DNA from: Candidatus Sericytochromatia bacterium
GTDB taxonomy: Bacteria; Cyanobacteriota; Sericytochromatia; S15B-MN24; UBA4093
DNA length: 64,000 bases
NCBI GenBank assembly: GCA_036676985.1
Contig: JAKFBU010000039.1
Span: forward strand, 32,001 to 96,000
Reading direction: 5' to 3'
Part shown: positions 57,368 to 64,000 of the stretch, in pieces
How the letters are laid out: each line of letters opens with the position of its first letter
Numbering within the stretch: position 1 is the stretch's first letter
Position numbers and translations under genes: made by a program
The notes under the pieces: model-generated
What the model was told of the DNA's origin: nothing
What the model saw: only the letters and a program-made list of their open reading frames with translations
The model's database searches: none

Positions 57368-57527
57368 GGTCCGCTCCGGCGCGTTCGCCCGCCGGATCCG
57401 CATGTTCACGGGCCGTATGGACTGATAATTACTTGTCGTTAGCTAAACCATAACCTGAACATAACCGACTTCTCGTTCGCATGCGGGATAACTGTCATGA
57501 CCCCATGCGTGATCCAGGAGTTAGTGA

Positions 57528-58325
57528 ATGATGTTCAAGCGTTTGGCCTCGGCCCTTCTGATAACGACCATGTTCCTGGCCGGCTGCGGCAGCAGCCCGC
57601 TCATTCCGACGGCGAGCCAGAAGACCGCCGCGCGTCCGATCTCCCAGAGCTCGGGCGGCTCGTATGCCCTCATGCCCGTCGCCCAGGGCGCGCCCAATCA
57701 GTCGTCGAGCGCCGGACTCAAGGCCTCCGCGGTCCGCGTCCTCGGGATGGTCGACCTCTCGGAGGACGAGATCGCCGAGGATGCCGACGAGACCTACGGC
57801 ATCCAGGCCAACGACAAGCCCAAGGGCTACAGCGGCCTCCTGCGCCGCACCGAGTCGAGCTTCACCATGGAGCACACCACGGGCTTCTTCAAGAAGACCA
57901 AGAAGCTCTACACGATCCAGCCCCTCAACAACGACGTCGCCGCCTCGCTGCAGGGCCAGGAGAACCGCAAGGTGCTCATCAAGGCCGTCGCGCAGGGCAA
58001 CAACACCCTCGTGGTCCACTCGGTGAAGCGGTTCGTGGATCTGGGCTTCCTCTTCAACTGGTACACCAAGGCCAAGATCGCCGGCACCGTGAAGGACATC
58101 CAGGGCAAGGCGCTCTCGGGTGTGATCGTCCGGGCCAAGAGCACCGAGGGCTTCCTGTTCACGGCCACGACCGAGGCCGACGGCGAGTTCGCGTTCAAGA
58201 ACGTCACGCCGGGCACCTACTCCGTCAGCTTCGTCAAGGACGGCTACCTGTCCGCCACGTCGAACGTCTTGACCAACAAGCGCAAGACGACCAGCGTCGA
58301 GGCCACGCTCGTTCCGACGAACTAA
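57528..58325 (+). CDS. Lipoprotein with C-terminal carboxypeptidase-regulatory-like domain
   Basis: LAGC lipobox; IAGTVKD..GKALSG...TTEADGEF...PGTYSV...GY. Confidence 0.8.
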   Translation: MMFKRLASALLITTMFLAGCGSSPLIPTASQKTAARPISQSSGGSYALMPVAQGAPNQSSSAGLKASAVRVLGMVDLSEDEIAEDADETYGIQANDKPKGYSGLLRRTESSFTMEHTTGFFKKTKKLYTIQPLNNDVAASLQGQENRKVLIKAVAQGNNTLVVHSVKRFVDLGFLFNWYTKAKIAGTVKDIQGKALSGVIVRAKSTEGFLFTATTEADGEFAFKNVTPGTYSVSFVKDGYLSATSNVLTNKRKTTSVEATLVPTN

Positions 58326-58337
58326 CCCCCGTCACCC

Positions 58338-58374
58338 GAGGCCCCCGGCGAATCGCCAGGGGCCTTCGCTTTTG
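58338..58374 (+). terminator. Rho-independent terminator
   Basis: gaggcccccggcg-aat-cgccagggggccttc followed by tttt. Confidence 0.55.
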
Positions 58375-58395
58375 TCAGTGAGCTTGCCTCTGAGG

Positions 58396-59529
58396 CTACC
58401 GGACAGGCGCAGAGGCCTGTCCCACCGTGACTACCGGCGCGGCCACGAGCTCGCGGTACATGGCCATGTGGCGCTGGGCGATGATGGGCCAGCCGATGGT
58501 CGATTCCACCAGGCGCTTGCCCGCCTCACCCAGGGTTTGCCGGAGCCCCGGGTCGCACCAGAGACGCTCGATGGCCTCCGCCAGGGCCACCTCGTCGCTG
58601 GGCGGGACGAGGATCCCCGCCTCACCATGGGCCACCGCCTCCGGCAGACCGCCGACGGTGGTGACGACGGCGGGCTTTCCGAAGGCGAAGGCGATCGCGA
58701 GCACGCCGGATTGCGACGCCTCCGTGTACGGCAACACGACCAGGCGCGCGCGCTGGAAGAGGTCGGCCACCTCCTCGTCGGCCAAGAAGCGGTTGATGAG
58801 CGTCACGCGCCCCGACGGCCCGATCTCCTCTTCGAAGAACGAAGGATCCCCTTCGCCGGCCACGACGACCCGGTAGCCGGTGAGGCGATCCGCCAGGAGG
58901 CGCTCGGCTCGGCACAGGACCTCGATGCCCTTGTACTTCACCACCCGGCCGAAGAAGAGGATGAGCGGCTCCTCCGGCACGTCGGGGGCATGGCGCCGCA
59001 AGAACCCGTAGTCCCCGTGCGGGATCACGGCGACCCGGTCTTTGGGGTAGCCTCGCTCGACGAGCACCTCGCGCAGGCGCTCGGCATGCACCACGATGCG
59101 ATCGCACCGCCCGGCCGTCCACCGGGTGAGGCGCGCCTTGAGCCACGCCTCCTCGCCCGGGTGCTGGGTGGCGTCGTGCTGCGTGAACACCACCTTGAGG
59201 TCGCCCAGCATGGCGGCCAGCACGCTGTTGGACGGATGATCCGTCACCAGGTGGACCACGTCCGGACGGATCGCGCGGATCATGCGCGCATTCCGGGCGT
59301 GCCGGAAGGGGTTCGCCTGGGTGGCGACCGAGCGCCAGCCCTGGCCGGGGAAGCTGAGCGGCAGCGTCGCATGACGCTCGATCCCGGGCGCGAGGTAGCC
59401 GTCCAGGGAGGCGGGATCCGGCGTGAAGCAGTGCACCTCGGCGTGGGCGGCGACGGCGTTGGCGAGCTGCGAGGCATAGTGCAGCATGCCGCCGCGCGGG
59501 CAGGACAGGGCGACGATGGCGACGCGCAT
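58396..59529 (-). CDS. GT4 glycosyltransferase
   Basis: VIPHG, FFGRVVKYKG, PYTEASQSGV, VGGLPE. Confidence 0.92.
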   Translation of the reverse strand: MRVAIVALSCPRGGMLHYASQLANAVAAHAEVHCFTPDPASLDGYLAPGIERHATLPLSFPGQGWRSVATQANPFRHARNARMIRAIRPDVVHLVTDHPSNSVLAAMLGDLKVVFTQHDATQHPGEEAWLKARLTRWTAGRCDRIVVHAERLREVLVERGYPKDRVAVIPHGDYGFLRRHAPDVPEEPLILFFGRVVKYKGIEVLCRAERLLADRLTGYRVVVAGEGDPSFFEEEIGPSGRVTLINRFLADEEVADLFQRARLVVLPYTEASQSGVLAIAFAFGKPAVVTTVGGLPEAVAHGEAGILVPPSDEVALAEAIERLWCDPGLRQTLGEAGKRLVESTIGWPIIAQRHMAMYRELVAAPVVTVGQASAPVR

Positions 59530-59716
59530 GGGGACCTCCTCTCCATGGAGCGGGCAAGCGAACCGACCCTCACCTTACGCGCGCCGGGACGGCGCATTCC
59601 TGCCTGCCCGGTCGGGATTTTTCGGCCGCATCGCACAAGTACCGCTCAGGCTTCCTTGCTTAGGATGCGAAAGCCCCACCCACCGTGTCCCCAACGCAGC
59701 AAGGGTGAACCCACAC

Positions 59717-61132
59717 ATGCTCAACCGCATCACGATCAACACGGCCTTCCAGATCGCCACCCGCATCCTGGAGCTGGTGAGCGGGCTGGTCGTCAACGCA
59801 TGGCTCGCCCGACAATGGGGCAGCCAGGCCTTCGGCCAGGTCGGCCACGTCAGCAGCCTCGCGGGTCTCTGCAGCTTCCTGTTCGACCTGGGGCTGAGCA
59901 ACCTCCTGGTCCGGAGCGTCTCCCGGGACAAGGAGAAAGCGCGCCACTATCTACTCAATGGCCTGATGGCCATCCTCCCGCTGTCGCTCGTCGGCAGCCT
60001 GGTCATCGTGGCCGCCGGGATGTGGACGACCACCGCGGCCTACCTGCCGGTGCTCGTGCTCGTGAGCCTGCAGATGGTGCTATCGGCCACCGCCGGGCTG
60101 TTCCGGGGAACCTTCTACGCCTACGAACGCATGGAGTTCGAAAGCATCCCCGTGATCCTGGACCGGCTGGCATGGATCGGCGGGGGCCTGTGGCTGTCCT
60201 TCCTGCCCCCTACCCTGGTGGGCCTCTTCGCCTGGGTGGTCTGCTGCAAATCGCTCAACACGCTCGTTAGCGCCTACCTGTTCTTCCGCCACATCTGGCC
60301 GCTCGCCGAGCCCGCTCGCCTGAGCCTCAAGGCCCAGCTGGGCCTGCTGCGACAATCGGTGCCCTTCGGGCTCAACCTCGCCTTCTCGACCGTCTACGTG
60401 AGCCTGGACATCCTCCTGGTGGCCCACTGGGCGGGAGACGACCAGGCGGGTTACTACCGGGCGGCCAGCATGCTGCTCGTGCCCCTGACACTCGTGGCCG
60501 CCGCCCTCAACAACTCCCTGTTCCCCCGCGTGAGCCACGCGGCCAAGCACGATCCCCAGTCGGCGGGCGCCTTCAGCATGGCCACCATCCAGCTCGTGCT
60601 GGCGCTCGCCATGCCGGTCGGCCTCTTCGTGGCGCTCTTCGCCGAGCCGCTCGTCCTCCTGCTCTTCGGCAGCGAGTATCGGCCGGCGGCCCAGATGCTC
60701 CAGATCCTGAGCCTGGTGGTGCCCCTGCGCTACCTCAACAACAGCCTGGCCGCCTCCTTGACCGCCCACAACCAGCAGGCCCGGCGGACGGTCTGCGCGG
60801 GCATCGCCGCGGCCTTCAACGTCGTGGCCAACGTGATCGTCATCCAGCGGTACCAGGCCTTCGGGGCGTGCCTCACGACGCTCGCGACCGACCTCTTGAT
60901 CGTGGTGCTGCTCGCCTACTGTCTCAACGCCCACCTGGGACGCCAGAGCTTCCAGCTCTTGCGCGGGCTCGGCAGCCTGGCCGTCGCCGCGGCCATCCTG
61001 GTGCCCTTGGCCCTTCTCAAGGCCCCGCTGCTCGTCACGGGGCTCACGCTCGCCGTCTGCTACCCCCTCTTGCTGTACCGAGCCCGCCTGCTCTCGAGCT
61101 TCGAGCTGGGTCTGCTCTTGAGGCGCTCCTGA
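59717..61132 (+). CDS. wzx: Wzx-type polysaccharide flippase
   Basis: FDLGL, LDILLV..GYYRAA, LFPRVS, LLFGSEY; many TM helices. Confidence 0.88.
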   Translation: MLNRITINTAFQIATRILELVSGLVVNAWLARQWGSQAFGQVGHVSSLAGLCSFLFDLGLSNLLVRSVSRDKEKARHYLLNGLMAILPLSLVGSLVIVAAGMWTTTAAYLPVLVLVSLQMVLSATAGLFRGTFYAYERMEFESIPVILDRLAWIGGGLWLSFLPPTLVGLFAWVVCCKSLNTLVSAYLFFRHIWPLAEPARLSLKAQLGLLRQSVPFGLNLAFSTVYVSLDILLVAHWAGDDQAGYYRAASMLLVPLTLVAAALNNSLFPRVSHAAKHDPQSAGAFSMATIQLVLALAMPVGLFVALFAEPLVLLLFGSEYRPAAQMLQILSLVVPLRYLNNSLAASLTAHNQQARRTVCAGIAAAFNVVANVIVIQRYQAFGACLTTLATDLLIVVLLAYCLNAHLGRQSFQLLRGLGSLAVAAAILVPLALLKAPLLVTGLTLAVCYPLLLYRARLLSSFELGLLLRRS

Positions 61133-61719
61133 TGACGCACGACGACTTCTGCACCTTCGACCCCCTGTTGCTGCTGCCGGCTCCGCCCCGGAGCGGGCTG
61201 CTCTTGGGCCCGCGCCTGGAGTGCGACCACTTGGCCGAAGGCTACGGGCACTTCGAGCGGATCCCGGAGCTGGGCGCCCCCCGGCCTCCCGCGGACGCCC
61301 TCGTGGCCCTCGAGTGGCAGGGCTCCGTCGCCGAGCTCGTGCAAGGTGCGGCGGCGCGGCTGGAGGTGCAGGGGGTCTTGCTCGCCCGGATCCCCAACCG
61401 GCAGCTCCCGTCGCGGCTGGCCCGCCGCCTGTACCCCCGGCTGGAGCACGCACCCGGAAGGGGGGCGAGCCTCGAGCAGATCCGGCGGGCCTCGATCCAG
61501 GCAGGCTTTGCCGAGCACGAGGTCCACTGCTGGCTGCCGAGCGACAGCTTCCCCTACGTGAGCTTCCCGGTTCACGAGCGGCGGATGTGGCGCTTCTACC
61601 TCGAGCAGCTCATGCCCACCTGGGGGCTGAAGAGCCGGATCTTCAGCCGCTGCGCAGGCTGGCTGCCTCCGACCTTGATCTCTCCTTACTTCCTGCTCGT
61701 GGCGCGGAAAGGCGGCTGA
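61132..61719 (+). CDS. Hypothetical protein resembling a degenerate class I methyltransferase fold
   Basis: TGATG coupling to wzx; LEVQGVLLARIPNR...QAGF pattern without a clear GxGxG. Confidence 0.55.
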   Translation: MTHDDFCTFDPLLLLPAPPRSGLLLGPRLECDHLAEGYGHFERIPELGAPRPPADALVALEWQGSVAELVQGAAARLEVQGVLLARIPNRQLPSRLARRLYPRLEHAPGRGASLEQIRRASIQAGFAEHEVHCWLPSDSFPYVSFPVHERRMWRFYLEQLMPTWGLKSRIFSRCAGWLPPTLISPYFLLVARKGG

Positions 61720-61721
61720 CC

Positions 61722-62687
61722 ATGGTGAGCCTCATCGAGGCCCGGTTGCACCGGCGAATGGGCATGCCCATCCGCCTCCTGCACGTGGGCCTCAACGCCC
61801 ACCGGCAAAACAAGATCCTGCTCTTCGGCTTCCGCAAGGAGCTGCGCGCGCCCGTCGTCGTCTGCCGGCTGAGCCGCACGCCACTTGGCAGCGAGCTCCT
61901 CCGGCAGGAGGCCTTGACCCGTTACGTGGCCTACGAGCGGCTCGGGCCCGACGAGCGGGAGGCCATGCCCTGGCTCGTCGTCGAGGAGCTGCCGACGGGC
62001 ACCTGTCTCATCGAGCCCTACGTGACGGGCAGCCCGGTCGCTTTGCCGACGCGGCCCGAGGACCTCGCGGCCTGGGGCGCCCTGTCGCTCGCCTGGATCA
62101 AGGGCCTGCGCCAGGCGACCCTCAACCGCATCGCGGCCCCCGAGGTCCTCTGCACCCAGGCCGAGTGGACGCTGAGACGAGCCGCCCAGGGGTTCGACGA
62201 TCCTGACATCCAGCGCATGGCCGAGCGACTGCTGGACGAGATCGGCATCCTGGCCGGCCTCTTGCCCGCGACGGTGCACGGGGACTTCTGGCACGGCAAC
62301 CTCAAGCTGGAGACGGGGCGCCTCAAGGTGCTCGACTGGGAGTACTCCCAGATCCAGGGAAACCCCTTCTTCGATCCGCTGCTCAACCTGGTGGCCCTCA
62401 GCGGTGCCCTCGGGGGCTCCCCTGTGGAGCGCTTCGAGGAGTGCTTCCTGCACGCCACCGACTACTCCCGGCAGATGGGCCGGATCCTGGGGGAGCACGC
62501 CGGGGAGGCCGGACCTCGCGAGGCCATGGCCCTGACGCTCGTGCTGGTGACCATGGAGCTGGTGCTCCGGAACCTCCCCATCACCCAGGACATCCGCGAG
62601 GACCGTCACTACCCGCTCCTGGAGCGACTTGCCCAGGAAAGGGAGCCCCTGGCCCGGATCTCGCAGGCCCTTTGGTCAAACGGCTGA
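61722..62687 (+). CDS. APH/choline-kinase-family phosphotransferase
   Basis: VHGDFWHGN and VLDWE catalytic motifs. Confidence 0.82.
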   Translation: MVSLIEARLHRRMGMPIRLLHVGLNAHRQNKILLFGFRKELRAPVVVCRLSRTPLGSELLRQEALTRYVAYERLGPDEREAMPWLVVEELPTGTCLIEPYVTGSPVALPTRPEDLAAWGALSLAWIKGLRQATLNRIAAPEVLCTQAEWTLRRAAQGFDDPDIQRMAERLLDEIGILAGLLPATVHGDFWHGNLKLETGRLKVLDWEYSQIQGNPFFDPLLNLVALSGALGGSPVERFEECFLHATDYSRQMGRILGEHAGEAGPREAMALTLVLVTMELVLRNLPITQDIREDRHYPLLERLAQEREPLARISQALWSNG

Positions 62688-62799
62688 AAAATCCTGGTCA
62701 CACCTCCTGAGAGCGATCGCCCGGTGCCTCACCATAATGGGGGCCACTGGTTGTTTGCTTTGCACAACGTCCTGTTCGTCGATCGGGAGGTAGCCGCCC

Positions 62800-64000
62800 A
62801 TGAAGCCAGATTCCCGCCCCGACTCCAGCCTCCTCGCCCTCGTCCGGAGGAGGTACCGCGCGATGGGCCTCACCGCCGCGGTCCTCTTGGTGGGAGGGTT
62901 CGCGCTCCTGGCGCGCATGCCGAGTCAGTACGAAGCGAGCGCCAAGCTGCTCATCGTCCGAAACGAGCAGCGCATGGGCGGCCTCAAGGTCGTCAGCGAC
63001 GCGCTTCCCGAGCTCACGGGTGCTAGCCACCCGCTCTACACCCAGATCGAAATCATGCGCAGCTACCCCATCCTCATGGAGGTCATCAAGCGGGTCGGCC
63101 TCAAGGAGTCGGACGGTACGCAGACGAGCCCCGATCAGCTCCTGGAGCGCCTCTCCATCACCTCCATCAAGGGCACGGACCTCATCTCCATCTCCTACCG
63201 CTCGACCGATCCCCTAAAGGCCCATAAGGTCGTCTCCAGCCTGTGCGACGCCTACATGAGCGCCACGGAGCGCTATCGGCGCGACGGCGTGCGGGATGGC
63301 CTGCGCTACCTGGACGAGCAGCTGGAGATCGTCCTCGGCCGCCTCAAGATCAGCGAGGCCCGGCTCGAGGCCTACAAGTCGCAGCAAGGCACGGTCTCTT
63401 TCCAGGAAGAGGTCCAGGCCTCGGTCAAGGAGCTCGCCGAGCTCGACCAGATGACCGCCATCCGCCGGCATGACTTCGAAGCCGCCAAAGCACGGGCCGA
63501 AAACCTGCGCCGCCAGCTGGGCATGCGCGCGCAGGACGGTCTGGTCGCCGCCACCCTCACGCAAAGCCCCCGCCTCCGCACCTTGCAAGAGCAGCTGCTC
63601 GCCGCCGAGACGGCTCCCATCCGGGCCGAGGCCGCCCCCGACCATCCCCAGCTCATGGCCCTCGACCGGCAGGCCGACCGCCTGCGCCAGCAGCTGAAAG
63701 ACGAGCTCAGGCGACTGGGCATGCCCCAGGCGCATCCCCTCAACGACGTGCAGCTCGACATCCTCAAGGAGCTGACGGCCGCCGAGAACGACGTGCAGGC
63801 CGCCGCAGCCGGGCTCAAGTCGGCCGATGGCAGCCGACGCCAGGTGCAGACGCGCCTGGCAGGCATGCCCTCGCGCGAGATCCAGCTCACCCGCCTGACG
63901 CGCGACGTCGAGGTGGCCAGTCGCCTCTATCAGGACATCCTGGCCAAGCGCGAGGAGGCCCGGCTCAATCTCGCCATCGCCCCCACCTACGCCCGCTTGC
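62800..64000 (+). CDS. Wzc/GumC-type polysaccharide co-polymerase; runs off the window
   Basis: Not in the ORF track. Manual translation: LVRRRY-TM-PSQYEASAKLLI, TQIEIMRS, GTDLISISYRSTDP, DHPQL, coiled coils, LTRDVEVASRLYQDIL. Confidence 0.88.
   Translation, partial: MKPDSRPDSSLLALVRRRYRAMGLTAAVLLVGGFALLARMPSQYEASAKLLIVRNEQRMGGLKVVSDALPELTGASHPLYTQIEIMRSYPILMEVIKRVGLKESDGTQTSPDQLLERLSITSIKGTDLISISYRSTDPLKAHKVVSSLCDAYMSATERYRRDGVRDGLRYLDEQLEIVLGRLKISEARLEAYKSQQGTVSFQEEVQASVKELAELDQMTAIRRHDFEAAKARAENLRRQLGMRAQDGLVAATLTQSPRLRTLQEQLLAAETAPIRAEAAPDHPQLMALDRQADRLRQQLKDELRRLGMPQAHPLNDVQLDILKELTAAENDVQAAAAGLKSADGSRRQVQTRLAGMPSREIQLTRLTRDVEVASRLYQDILAKREEARLNLAIAPTYARL

Noticed and set aside
61722-62687. 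Aminoglycoside resistance gene; likewise VanW (7088-7780) as vancomycin resistance
   Set aside because: Only fold-level motifs; the contexts (EPS locus, envelope operon) argue against resistance cassettes.
62747-62765. Sigma54-like TGG...TTGC upstream of the Wzc-like gene
   Set aside because: GG-to-GC spacing is 11 nt rather than the required 10.

Overview
This is a GC-rich, apparently diderm bacterial genome segment (beta-barrel proteins, lipoproteins, Wzx/Wzc) with about 50 real genes. Most long ORFs in the six-frame track are antisense or out-of-frame shadows. Main blocks: (1) a truncated gene with two tandem MshEN/GspE-N modules; (2) a beta-barrel-like + transglutaminase-like protein, an OYE and phenylalanine hydroxylase; (3) a mostly translationally coupled envelope operon: membrane protein, transpeptidase-only PBP, SpoIID/LytB, AMMECR1, thioester alpha-2-macroglobulin, VanW, PAS kinase; (4) FAM151/DUF2181-like protein, GH13, PLP dehydratase, cydAB-FKBP, lipoproteins, LysM protein, SMUG1, OM proteins; (5) a ~2.2 kb AT-rich insertion carrying a HipA-like kinase + DUF3037 pair, with a truncated host gene at its left edge; (6) a lipid/glycolipid biosynthetic cluster: methyltransferase, two KAS III, glycosyltransferase, carboxyltransferase, two SDRs, ACP, AMP-ligase, with divergent LbH protein, hydrolase and MMPL exporter; (7) an amidase with a YQQP repeat tail; (8) the start of a Wzx/Wzc exopolysaccharide locus with duplicated beta-helix proteins and a kinase. 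Two families of palindromic intergenic repeats are present. I saw no rRNA, tRNA, CRISPR array or transposase. The best candidate for an undescribed system is the tandem-KAS III glycolipid cluster, followed by the alpha-2-macroglobulin operon and the kinase/DUF3037 island. All calls come from reading motifs by eye; no database search was run.
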